Part shown: positions 46,935 to 59,400 of the stretch, in pieces
Numbering within the stretch: position 1 is the first letter of the stretch
Layout: every line of letters begins with the position of its first letter
Source: Malacoraja senta
Taxonomy: Eukaryota
NCBI GenBank assembly: GCA_038087875.1
Contig: JAXLNO010000674.1
Location: 62,001-126,000 of the forward strand
Direction of reading: 5' to 3'
Length of the DNA stretch: 64,000 nucleotides
Program-made: the position numbers and the translations under genes
The notes under the pieces: model-generated
The model's input: only the letters and a program-made list of their open reading frames with translations
What the model was told of the DNA's origin: nothing
Databases searched by the model: none

Positions 46935-47248
46935 ACAGTAGGGGAATCGAGGACCAGAGGACATAGGTTCAAGGTGAAGGCGAAACGATTTAATAGGTAT
47001 CCGAGGGGTAACTTTTTCACACAAAGGGTGGTGGGTTTATGGAACAAGCTGCCAGAGGAGTGAGTTGAGGCTGGGACTATGCTATTGTTTAAGAAACAGT
47101 TGCACAGGTACATGGATAGGACAGGTTTGGGTGGATATGGACCAATCGCAGGCAAGTGGGACCAGTGTAGCTGGGACATTGTTGGCCGGTGTGGGCGAGT
47201 TGGGCTGAAGGACCTGTTTCCAAACTGTATCACTCTATGACTCTATGA
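46935..47248 (+). mobile_element. CR1 3' fragment
   Basis: ttttcacacaaagggtggtggg...gggctgaaggacctgtttccaaactgtatcactctatgactctatg. Confidence 0.85.
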
Positions 47249-47654
47249 TATTATTAATAACATTAATTAACGACAATCAAGTAGATTGTTTGAAGCTGTT
47301 CCCATTCCTTATGCAGATACCAAGTAACCCAATCAAGGTAAATCAATGTTAGGTGCCTGGAAAATGTAGAGCACACAATAATCAAGATCTGGAACTTTAG
47401 TGACCTTCCTTCCTTCCTTCCATTATAAAGTCAAAAGTGATTGTCAGTTGTTGAATGCACAATGCTCAATTTCATTTCCTCGTTTATTCACTGCACCACA
47501 AGCTTTAACCAGCGACAAAACACACTGCAGATACGTGTCGTCTAGCCCATGAGAACATTCCAAACTCAACATCTCAAGCACAAGAACAACAAGGTCAGCA
47601 GATGTGTGAGAACCTGACCTGGGATCCATCGTGATCCCATTTGTTCATAATTGA

Positions 47655-48200
47655 GTTTGGTTTAGAGATATGTCATGCCGGCAGTTCGAAATAAACAGGT
47701 CGGGAGAGGGTAGAAGGCCGGCACAGGGGGTCAAAGAGGAGGGGGAATGTTGGATACGGAGGACGGTGTTTTCACTGGGAGGTGAGGACTCCTTCCCGTA
47801 GAAAAAGGCTCGGAAGCGGAGGCAACTGAAGAAGAGCTCTACATCATGGTAAGCCCTGAACTCGTTGAGGTAGGGGTGTAGGGATACAAAGGTAAGGCCT
47901 CTGTTGAAGACTGACTGTTCTGTATCAGAAGGAAGTCGCGGGGCGGGGGGGGGGAGGATCCCAGACAGCTCTACCATACATTGTAGGGGCCAACAGCCAA
48001 TGGCCGAAAACTGGGACTGCAAACCATGTGAGTTGATGTCTTTGGCCGGCTGGTGGCCAGTGACAAGGCGAGGATCGGCGGAGTCAATGGGCCCACGAGG
48101 GGCTAGAGTACAGGTGAAGGTTGGAGGCAAACATGGCCTGGAAGCTTTGTGGGCCGATGGTGGCATCGGCAACAGTGTCAGTAGGTCAGGCCTGGAAGCT
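47655..48200 (-). mobile_element. Decayed PLE N-terminal fragment
   Basis: ORF 47645-48211 SVFNRGLTFVSL...DVELFFSCLRFRAFF...DLFISNCRHDI parallels 9761-10392. Confidence 0.75.
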
Positions 48201-48469
48201 CCATTAACCATTCTTCAGCCCACTTGTCTCACTGATCAAGATCCTGCTGTAATTTTTGACAACTATGTTCACTGTTTATGATACCAACTATGTCAATGTC
48301 ATCTGCAAAGTTTCTAATCATGCTGCACATTTTCATCTAAGTTGCTCATATAAACCACAATCAGCAATGGGCCCAGCACTGATCCCTGATGGACACCTCT
48401 ATTCACAGGCCTCCTGTGTGAAAAGATCTTCCACTATCACCCTATGCTTCCTTCCATGAACCTAATTCA

Positions 48470-49105
48470 TTGGTTAGGCAGCTAGTTCTCCCTGAATGCC
48501 ATGAGCTCTAATCATCAAGGGCAGCCTACCATGCAGAAACTTATCAAAGGCCTTGCAAAAGACCATATGTACAATGTCTATGACCTTGTCATCATCAACC
48601 TTCTTGGTTACTTTTTCCAAAAACTACCAGATGGGTGAGGCATGATCTCCCACGTCCAAAACCACACTGAGCAGCCCTTGTCTCTTCAAATGCATATTTA
48701 TCTTCTCTCTCTGAATCCTCTCCAGTAACTTACCTACCGCAGATTGTAGGCCCACTGATTTATAGTTTCTAGGTTTTGCCCTGTAGTCCTTCTTAAATAG
48801 ATGCACAACATTTGCCACCCTCCAGTTATCCGGTACCTCACCCATGTCTAACAATGATTCATATCTCTCAGTCAGGGCACTTGCAATTTCTTCTCTAGCT
48901 CCCCACATTGTCCTCACATATATGTGATCAGGTCTGGGTGAATTATCTACTTTCATATGTCTTAGGATTTCCAGGACATCATCGGCCATAACACGGACTG
49001 ACCTCCAGACATCTCCATTTCCTGTTGCAAGCTCCCTCATCTTCAAATCTTTCTCCACAGTAAAAACATGGGAGAAATATTCATTGAAGATCTTGCTCAT
49101 CTCAT
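48470..49105 (-). mobile_element. Decayed CR1 RT N-terminal fragment
   Basis: ORF 48624-49100 SPRPDHIY..VPDNWRVANVVHLFKK..NYKSVGL. Confidence 0.85.
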
Positions 49106-49189
49106 GCAGCTCCTCACAGAGATGACAGCTTTTATTTTCTGAGTGGATTTATTCTTTATCAAGTTACCCTCATTCATTTAATATAGGAG

Positions 49190-49501
49190 CGAAGAAGACT
49201 GTAAAAACTTGTGAACACTGCCCAGTCCATCACGGGTTCTGATCTTCCTACCATCGAAGGAAGCTCAAAAAGGCAGCAAGCATCATCAGAGACCCACACC
49301 ACCCTGGCCACACACTTATTTCACCCTTGCCATAGGGTAGAAGGTACAGGAGCCTTAAAACTGTAACGTCAGGTTCAGGAATAACTTCTACCCTACATCC
49401 TTTAAGTTATTAAACACTACAGCCTTAAACAAGCTCTTAACTACATAGACTATTATTGTTATTGTTGCACCATTATTGTTTGTTTTTGTGTGTACATATG
49501 A

Positions 49502-49532
<31 letters not shown>

Positions 49533-49690
49533 CGAATATGATCTGTATATATGTGTATTTATGAGTATGTGTATATATACACCCAGATATTTTTATTTCT
49601 TGTTTCTTATATTGTTTACAGTGTACTATGTTTACATATTCTGTTGTGCTGCTGCAAGTAAGAATGTCATTGTTCTATCTAGGACATCTC
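49190..49690 (+). mobile_element. Rex1/Babar 3' fragment with (TG)n(TA)n tract
   Basis: gcaagcatcatcagagacccacaccaccctggccacac; tail ctgcaagtaagaatgtcattgttc. Confidence 0.75.
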
Positions 49691-50584
49691 TATATAACTA
49701 AAAGTCTTTGGCTTGTATGTGCCCACGATGTGTCTCTGTGTGTGTCAATCTGGTTAATTGCTATCTTCTTCCTAATGCTAGGCCACAGCTTTCTCCTTTT
49801 CACACATCTTACTCACATTTTTCCCCATGGTGGCGATAAACATCTTCCCATCACATTTCCACCTATATTTTCGAAGTTATTAATCGTAAAAAAAATTGAG
49901 ACGGTCTGATTTCTTCAAACTCTTCCATTTTGGAAACAAAATCCGAGTGACTTCATAATGCACTCGCAAGGCAGGACAGGGCCACTCCAGGAGGGATGGG
50001 CACTCCAGTGTTCCAACCCTCCCTCCCCCCTCCCCACCCCCCTCCAGTGCACCAATCACGATGGGCTCTCAAGCTGCCGAGTGCCACACGCCCTGCCCCA
50101 TCCCCCCGTCCCCCCCACCGGGTTATTCATGATTAACGTTTTTTTTAAGCCAAACGGTTTGCGTTGGGGGAACGGGTGAGTGCTGGAATATTTCGTTGGG
50201 GGAGCAGACCTGGTCTGCATTTGGTCTAGTATGACAATAAAACAATATTGACTCTTGAATGTACATAAAGTATCTTTGGATTCTTCTTTGCCAGAGTTGA
50301 CACCAAAATTGATAAGTATATTAGGTAATGAAAATTGTTGTCTAAGATTACAAAATAATGTTGATCAACCGGAAAGGTATGGAGGTGAGGGGATGGGAGG
50401 TGAGGGGGGGAGGAATGCCAGTTGAAATCTAACTCGAACAAGTGTGATTTGATGCATTTTGGGAAGTCAAATCAGGGCTGGCCAAATCTATTGCAGGATT
50501 GTAAATGGAGCTGTACCTTGGTGTACAATTACATAGTTCCCTGAAAATGGCATCATAGTTTGATAGGGTAGTGAAGGGAATATA

Positions 50585-50690
50585 TGTCTGAAGAATCGCC
50601 TCAACCCAAAAGGTCACCCATTCCTTCTCTCCAGAAATATTGCCGCTGAGTCTCTCTAGCTTTTTGTGTCTATCTTCGGTTTAAATTCCT
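50585..50690 (+). mobile_element. PLE tail remnant with degenerate hammerhead
   Basis: CTGAAGA-A-TCGCCTCAACCC-AAAA-G-GTC. Confidence 0.6.
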
Positions 50691-51449
50691 ACACAGAGTA
50701 TATGTTGTGCCTTGTTTCCTCAGCCATGGTACTGAGGACTAGGTTTGGGGTGTCGTGTTACAGTTGTACAGAATGTTGAACAGGCAACCATTAATCTGTC
50801 CAGGGGCTCAGCTGATTTGTTGCACAATAGACTAATCCAAGGTCTGAACTCTGAAAAGAAAATCAAGAAATTCAAGTTGCCACTCATCCAGGGACTGAAT
50901 AACAAAACACCTTAGTGTTGCTTATCTGGCTTGAGAACTCTTAACATTGATCTATTTTGCTTCATAGTGTAGTCCATTTATAAACTGGCCATCCCCAGAC
51001 ATCCTGTGTCCACACTGTTTCCCAAGGGCACCTCACCTATTTTCAGCTCTGCTCTCAACAAGTATCAATCACATTATCCCCCTCTCTATCTATCATCTCT
51101 CTCCATCTCACTATATCTCTCTCTCTCTCTCCCTATCTCTCTCCATCTATTTATCACTCCATCTCTCATCCCTCAGCTCTATCTCTCTTTCCTTCATCTC
51201 TTTCATTTCTGCAAATTGAAATCATTAATCAGTCTGAGAGCACTGTGTGCGACTGAATGACATCAGAGCATCAGTCCCTGAGGCATACCACTGGTCACAG
51301 GCTTCCTATGTAAAAAACAACAACCCTGCACTACCATTCTCTGACTCCTACCACCAAGCCAACTTTGTGTCCAATTGACTAGCTCACCCTGGATCCCATG
51401 TTTTCCAACCTAATGGACCAGCCACCCATGTGGGGCCTTGCTGAAGGAT

Positions 51450-51760
51450 GGCATGGTGGCATAGTCATAAGGCTACTGCTTTACAGTGCCAGAGACCTGG
51501 GTTCAATCCTGACTACAAGTGCTTTTCTATATGGAGTTTGTAAGTTCTCCCCGTGACCTGCGTAGGTTTTCTCCAAGATCTTCGGTTTCCTCCCACACTC
51601 CAAAGACGTACAGGTTTGTACGTTAATTGGCTTGGTATAAAAGGTAAAATTACCCATAGTGGGTGTAGGGTAGCGTTAAAATGCGGGGATCGCTGGTCAG
51701 TGCAGGCCCGGTGGGCTGTAGGGTCTGTTTCCTCATTGTATCTCTAAACTAAACTAAACA
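51450..51760 (+). mobile_element. HE1-like V-SINE
   Basis: B box GGTTCAATCC, V-domain ggttttctcc...ggtttcctcccacactccaaagac, tail tatctctaaactaaactaaac. Confidence 0.88.
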
Positions 51761-52003
51761 TAGACAACATCTGTCATCCAATCACACACTGGGCAATTTA
51801 CAAAATTCAATTAACCAACCAACTCGCATGTCTTTGAGATATAGGAGGAACGGAGCATTTGGTGGAGATCCACGTGTCATAGGGAGAACAAAAAAATGAT
51901 ACACGTTGTACCCGAGATCAGGATTGAATCCAAGTTGCTGTAGCAGAGGGGCACCAATTCTGCCAGTTGCCTCAATGTATTGCCTTTCAAAAAGAAAATT
52001 CAA

Positions 52004-52318
52004 AGCCTGTCCCACTGTACGAGGTAATTCAAGAGCTCTCCCGAGTTAAAAAAAAAATTAAACTCGTGGTAAGCACGTAGAATGTACGTAGCGGGTACGT
52101 CGGAGCTGGGAAAGTCTCCTAGCTGCTCGTAACGCTAACGGCAGATACTCGAGAAACGCGGTAAGCTCGTGAAGACTCGTGAAGATTTTTCAACATGTTG
52201 AAAAATGTCCACGAGAGCCCAAAGTACCTACGAGCGGCTATTACCGTAATTCTCCGAGTTCGAATCAGGGGAAACTCGGGAGAACTCTTGAATTAGCTCA
52301 TACAGTGGGACAGGGCCT
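52004..52318. mobile_element. Complete Harbinger-like MITE, inverted relative to 36596
   Basis: TIR cctgtcccactgtacgaggtaattcaagag at both ends; flanks TCA and TTA. Confidence 0.85.
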
Positions 52319-52367
52319 TTAAGCTGTGTCTGCGTTGTCCAAGCACACACTCTCAGGGCAGAATTAA

Positions 52368-52662
52368 TTTAGTTTAGTTTAGAGATACAGAGTGGAAACA
52401 GGCCTTTCGGCCTACCAAGTTTGCGAAGACCAATGATCTCTTTACACTGGCACTAACCTAGGTACAAATTACAATTTACAATTTACAAACCAATTAACCT
52501 ACAAACCTGTACGTCTTTGTAGTGTGGGAGGAAACTGGAGCACCCGGAGAAAACCCATGCGTTCACCCAACATACAAACTCCGTGCGGACCGCACCCATA
52601 GTCAGGATCGAACCCTGGTGTCTGGTGCTATAAGGCAGCAACTCTACCGCTGCGCCACCCTG
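52368..52662 (-). mobile_element. HE1-like V-SINE
   Basis: A and B boxes, V-domain and tail on the minus strand. Confidence 0.88.
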
Positions 52663-53084
52663 CCGCTCCCAAGTATAGATATAGGGAAAGATACAGCAGG
52701 CTGAAAACCGTGACAACCAGATTCAAGAACAGCCTCTTCTCAGCAAACATCAGGCTCTTCAACACCACACAAAAATAACTTCAGCATCTATGATCATCTA
52801 CGGACCGTCTTTGAATGTAATATGAATTTAGTTTTTTGCACTATTATGATAGTCCAGTATTACAGTTATTAATTTATTGTTTTTTGGTTGTTTTATATAT
52901 ATCTCTGTGTTATTGCAGTTACATGCAGGTGAAGCTGCAGCAAGTCAGAATTTTGTTGTTCTATTGTTGGTACATATGACAATTAAACAACTCTTACCTC
53001 ACATTTGAATTTGGGTAAAGCTCACTCCATATTACCCCCATCATACACTCGGGAAAAGTACAAGGAACAAGTACATGTTTAAGA

Positions 53085-54112
53085 AAGAACTGCAGATGTT
53101 GGAAAAATCCAAGGTAGACAAAAATGCTGGAGAAACTCAGCGGTGAGGCAGCATCTATGGAGCAAAGGAATAGGTGACGTTTTGGGTCGAGACCCTTCTT
53201 CAGACTGATATGGGGGTGGGGGGCGGGAAGAAGAAAGGAAGAGGTGGAGATAGTAGGCTGTGGGAGAGGTTCGAAGGGGAGGGGAAGGACCGAGAAAGCA
53301 AGGACTACCTGAAAATGGAGGTCAATGTTCATACCCAAGCAAAAACTACCCAAGCAAATAATGATATGCTGCTCCTCCAATTTGCAGAGGGTCTTACACT
53401 GGCGTGGAGGAGACCCAGGACAGAAAGGTCGGATTATGAATGGGAGGGGGAGTTGAAGTGCTGAGCCACCGGGAGATCAGGTTGGTTAATGCGGACTAAG
53501 CGGAGGTGTTGGGCGAAGCGATCGCCAAGCCTGAGCTTGGTCTCACCGATGTAGAGCAGTTGACACCTAGAGCAGCGGATGCAATAGACGAGGTTGGAGG
53601 AGGGGCAGGTGAACCTCTGCCTCACCTGAAAAGACTGCTTAGGTCCTTGGATGGAGTCAAGGGGGGAGATAAAGCGACAAGTGTAGCATTTCCTGCTGTT
53701 GCAAGGGAAAGTGCCAGGGGAGGGGAAGGTTAGGGAATGGGGCTTCTTCTCTTCGACTATAGATCAGGCTCTCACCAGGGGGGTCTCTTCTATATCCCGT
53801 TGCTCTACTCTCACTCCCCATCCCCCCACTCATGACAAGTCCCCCTTGTCCTCACCTTCCACCCTACCAGCCGTCACATACAACAGATAATCCTCCGACA
53901 TATTCGCCACCTCCAATGGGATCCCATCACTGGCCACATCTTCTCATCTTCTCCCCTTTCAGCTTTCTGCAGAGACTGCTCCCTCTGTAACTCCCTGGTG
54001 AATTTGTCCCTTCCCACCCAAACCACCCCCTCCCCTGGTACTTTCCCTTGCAACCGCAGGAAATGCTACACTTGTCGCTTTACCTCCCCCCTTAACTCCG
54101 TCCAAGGACCTA
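53085..54112. mobile_element. PLE 3' fragment (minus, 53085-53730) joined to an inverted PLE segment (plus, about 53735-54112)
   Basis: ORF 53434-53625 QRFTCPSSNLVYCIRCSRCQLLYIGETK; 53620-53725 is the inverse of 54020-54112; hammerhead at 53176-53203 with G12 changed to A. Confidence 0.88.
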
Positions 54113-54244
54113 GGCATGCCATGCTATCCAAACAGATTGGATATACCATACACAGATATAATCAATTAAAAGGGGAATAATATCATGCAGAATAACGATC
54201 TCAGCATTGTAGCGCATCAGTTCCAGTGAGAAAGACCAATGATC

Positions 54245-54830
54245 TCGGTGGATAGAGGTATGTGTCCAATGACTCTTACCAACTTCCACAGATGCACCAT
54301 AGAAAGCATACTATCAGGTTACATCACAGCTTGTTTTCAGAATAGCTTTGCCCAAGACCACAAGATATTGCAGAGAGGTGTGGATGTAGCACAGTCCATC
54401 ACACAGACCAGACTGCCCATCATTGTCTCCATTTACACTTCCTGCCTCTTCAGGAAGACAGCCAACATAGTCAAAGACCTTTCTCACACTAGTGATTCCT
54501 TTTTTCTCCACTTCCATCAGGCAGAAGATGCAGAGCTTAAAGGTGTAGAGCACCAGACACAGGAACAGCTTCTTCTCCTCTGTTATCAGGCTTTTGAATG
54601 TTCCATGTGCTAGGACCCATTCCCAATTCTCCTTTACCTCAATATGGCCATTGGATTTTGTCTCTGGAACTGTTGTACAATAATGTTGGGAGCTATATTC
54701 TTCACTCTGTATCTTATCCTTCAGTCTGCCTATTGTACTTGCGTTTGGCTTGATAGTATTTATGTATACAACAGCAAACACAATGCTTTTCACCGTACCT
54801 TGGTACACATCACAATACCAAACCTAAAGC
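54245..54830 (+). mobile_element. Rex1/Babar 3' fragment
   Basis: ORF 54239-54613 LTNFHRCTIESILSGYIT. Confidence 0.8.
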
Positions 54831-54834
54831 TAAA

Positions 54835-55480
54835 CCTTAAATGGTGGATTATTGTCTAAATGGAGAGAGACTGTAACTGAGTGAAGTTCAGATGGGATCT
54901 TGGTATTCAAGTGCATGCATCAAATTAAGTTAGTAGCAGGCCCAGTAACCAATGGAAAAAATGCAGTCTTTACTGCAAAGGGGATGGAATTTAACAACAG
55001 GGAAGTTATATTGGAATTATGCAGGATGATAGTGAGTCAATAACTGGAAAACCGCACACAGTTTAACATTAAAAAGGGTATAGGAGCATTGGATGCAGAC
55101 CAGGTGAAATTCACCAAACTAAGTCAAGAGATTAAAAGGTTGTCCCATCAAGAGCGGTAAACACTTTAGGTCTGCATTCCTTGGAGTGTAGAAAGTGATG
55201 AGTGACCTTATTCACACATGCAATATCTTAAGGGGCTTTTCATGATAGATGTTGAGATGTTTCACTGGTGGGAAAGTCTAAAAACAATGGGAAGCAAATA
55301 CAGAATAAGGGACCAGTTGTTTAAAACTGAGGTATATAAAAGTTACTTCTTTCAGAAGGGTGTGAATCGCTGGAATTCTGTGCCCAGAGGTGGTGGTGGC
55401 TAAGGCATTAGATATGCTTATGAACAGATAGTGAAATCTTTGAAAGGTTCAGGCAATTGAGGGTTTTGGGGTAATGGAAC
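54835..55480 (+). mobile_element. Old decayed CR1 fragment
   Basis: gattattgtctaaatggagagagactg...; ORF 55218-55403 FFQKGVNRWNSVP. Confidence 0.75.
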
Positions 55481-55585
55481 ATAGGATGAGTCCACTCCTG
55501 CTATTTTTACTTGTGTTGTTGACGATCACCCTCATGAATAAAGTTAGAACTTGCAACCAACATTTCAATCAGAGGGGCCTCAGAG

Positions 55586-56097
55586 TGGCTCAGCAGTAGA
55601 GTTACTTCCTTGCAGTACCTGTGACTCAGGTTTGATCCTGACTAAGGGTGCTGTCTGTACCAACTTTGTATGTTCTCTCTGTGACTGCATGTGTTTTCCC
55701 CTGGTGCTTCGGTTTCCTCCCAGTTCCAAAGACCTGCAGGTTTATAGGTTAATTGGCATCTGTAAATTGTCCCATGTGTATAGGATAGAACTGTGTAGGC
55801 AGCATGGTGACGCAAAGGGGTGGCACTGAGTAGCAGCGGTAGAGTTGCTACCTTGCAGTGGCAGAGACCCCGGTTTGATCTTGACCATGGGTGCTGTATG
55901 TATGGATTTTTTAACGTTCTCCCCGTGACCTGTGTGGGTTTTCTCTGGGGCTTCCAGCTTCCTCCCACACTCCAAAGACATGCAGGTTTGCAGGTTAATT
56001 GGCCCCAAGTGTATGTAGGATAGTGTTAGTGTGTGGGGATCACTGGTCAGGGCAGACACAGTGGGCCTAAGGACCTGTTTCAAGGCTCTACCTCTAA
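55586..56097 (+). mobile_element. Two tandem HE1-like V-SINEs
   Basis: Heads at about 55586 and 55820; V-domains at about 55690 and 55935. Confidence 0.85.
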
Positions 56098-56416
56098 ACC
56101 ATTTTATTGAATGGTGGGACAAGTTTGGTGACTATTCTCAGGGGCTGATAGCCTACTACTGCTCTATTTCCACTTGTTCTTAATAGTTCCCCTCATGGTA
56201 GAAACTAGACCTTGGAGGCCAAGGTTTCAAACTGAGAAGAAAAACATGTTTTATTTTTCTCCCAGATGATAACGAATCGTGGGAATTTTCAACTGCAGAT
56301 TGTAGATTCATTACGTTACTGAGAAGGATGGATTTGTTTCTTTGGGAAGTTGTGGGTTACTGGTTACAGACTCTTCTGGTCAAGAGTAGATCAGTCATGA
56401 CCTAATTGAGCTGCAG

Positions 56417-59400
56417 AATAGTAAGATTAAACAAGAACTTACGAAGTTTGAAGTTTGATCTTTATTTTATGAGGAGTTACGTTGGTGATTACGTGAAGAA
56501 GACCCGTCAGGGCACATGCGCGTCAATCTTCAAAGCAGCGGTATGAAATCACAGATAACACAATATTTGAAGTAACATATTAAGATGAGCAACATGAGAA
56601 CTACCATATGACCTTTTTTTATGAGAGAGGGTTGGGCGTGGCGGGCACGTAATCACCAACGTAACTCCTCATAAAATAAAGATCAAACTTCAAACTGGTA
56701 AGTTCTCGTTTAATCTTACTATTTTACTTCGGAGTCACGTTTGTGACTATGTGAAGGGTTCAAAGCTCTGTGATTTTATGCCGCAGATCCAAATCCCGGC
56801 TTCTCACTGCATTGATTGACTTTCGATGAGAAACAATCAATAATGCGTTAAACATGAAATGTGAATATCATGCAGTAACAATTGATTTGAATAATCAAAA
56901 TAACCCTTCTATCCCAGGGGAAACTAAACAGGACTTTATCCTGAATTTGCAAACAGCCTCTCTCCGATCAGCCGATGGTAAAATAAAAAATAAAAAAACA
57001 TTCATTTGACCAACCGGCACCTATAAAAATATGGCCGCTGTGAACATCCATCGCCCTAGCCGACGACGTTGCTGCTGCACTAGTTGAAAAAAGGATATAT
57101 ACACTTCAGTGTTAATACCTGCCTTAATCAACATTTGCTTTAAACCACCTTGAGATAGTCTGCACTAACATTCTCCTGTGTGGCTTCATGTAACTGATAA
57201 ACAATGCTGTTGCCACATTTCTTAAGGTCTTTATAGCTTCAATATAATGAAAATAAATGTGCCATTACACATAAACATGGATCAGTAGGTTATGCTGAAA
57301 CACAATATTAACAACCCTGTGACACCTGGCCTGCTCTGCTTAAACAGGACACAATTATATAACATAACATTCTCTTCAGCAACTTCCATCCTGTCTAGCA
57401 GAAGCTTTTGCAAACTCTGCACTTGCTATGCTGAACCTATGCCAAGAGCATAACCACTTTCATGATTAGTTTGGCAAATTCAGAGACATGACAGGAACCT
57501 ACTGTCAAAGCATCTTGAGGAACACACTTACATCCCAGATCGCCATATACCTGGGTTTAGGAGGTTTCTAGTTGAAATTCCTTTCATCAATCCAGCTATG
57601 ATATAATGAAACTCAATAGGATCTTTCCTGACCCCATCAAAACCATACGATGACAAAGCACTTAAAGCTGTATTAATGGTGCTATAACTGAGCCCCTCAT
57701 CATCATAGAGTGTCAACAGGAACTCTAAAATATCCACAATACCTGCAGTATTATAGTCAATATTATTTTGTACACAATATTGCTCCCATTTTTTACATAA
57801 GTAATATACCCCTTCTGAGTACTCTTTCTCCAGGCTACAGTGAGCATGTCCACCGTTCACCCAGACAGTCCTTGCTTCAGGTATGCTCTTCTTAAAACCT
57901 GCAAATTAACAAGTCAATACAATCACATAACAGATGACTTTCCCTTGTTAGCGGATGCTCCAGTCAATTCCTTCACTTGGGAACCACCAAAAAGAGGTTT
58001 GATCCCTAACTGTAACATCAACTGTAACATTGATTCGGCCAATTAGATATTACAAACACCCCCAAAGCGGCATCCTGATTGATTTCTTGCAGACTCCAAC
58101 CTATTAGGCAAAATGGTAGGAAAATATATAAAACATACCACCTCAATGTAACGACAAAGTATCAATTGCAACTGCCACCTGGTCTGGTTTCCATTAAACC
58201 TATTTAGGCTGCTGATGGTTGAACCTTGATGCAAACAAATCGATATCTGGCATTCATATACAAGTACTATATTATTGAACACCTCCTGGTTCAACATCCC
58301 ATCTGTGTTGTCATGGGACGTTCGTGACTTGGCGTCTGCTACTATGTAGAATTTACCTAGTAGATAAATAGCTGAAATATATTTTTCCATGCACCAGCTC
58401 AAATGTGATTAGCCAATCTGTCACATTAATGTATATGCCTCTTGCGTATTATTGTCAATCTGATACTGAACATGCAGATTACATGTGTTAGAGCTATAAG
58501 CCTCTTTATAGTTAATTGCCCAAGTCTGCACAAACGATGCCTCTTGCTCAGTCCATCTGCCTCCACAGCTGAAACTCGTATCCGTGACACCTCACCCGAG
58601 TGCACTGACATTCATCTGCAAAATCATGGAAGGCTGGTCAAGCATTACCTGGCTATAACTTCTGGACACATGGTGAATCCACCATTGCAAATCAGAAATA
58701 GCCTTTACTGATAACTGCATAGGTCTATTATAATGACCCTAATGTATCCTTAATGCCTCAATTAGCTTGATACACCTGTCAATTAGCTCTACCCTTTTTC
58801 CCTGGGCAGAGTCACTTAATTGAATCAATTGTGACCCAAATAGTCAGGTTTTAATTTGGATTCCTCTGGATAGATAACGCCCAATTTTTGAAAATTGGAT
58901 TTAACAAATATCACCTATTACTTCAGCAGTTCTCTTGGATACCCCTGTAATCAAGATATGATCGAGATAAGCCATGAACACCTGTACCCTGGCCTTTCAG
59001 CATGCCTATTATAGGTTTTAACAATTTTGTTGCCATAGTTGATCCATCCAGGTGAATTTCAAATATCCTGCAAATAAACAGACATTGAGTAATGTGCATC
59101 TTTAAGCTCTAGAGTCGCCATATAGCATCCTCTTGCCCAGTTGCTTGGCAGTGACAATTCCATCTTACAATGTCTATACTACATCCCCCATCCTTTTTTG
59201 GCCTGGGAAAATATTAGACACAAATTGATGGGTTGGTGAACAAACTTATAATTACACCTTTATCACATAAGCTTGCAAGCGCAGTCTGAACATCCATCTG
59301 TTCTGTTAATGAAAACTGAATAGTTCTACCAAGAACATGCTGAATGTGCAAATCACAATCTGGATTGAAATCCATTCGAAACCTTTGAATGACACTCTGT

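Noticed and set aside
47444-47629. 61-aa minus-strand ORF in unique sequence
   Set aside because: No recognisable motif or convincing splice signals; length is within chance expectation.
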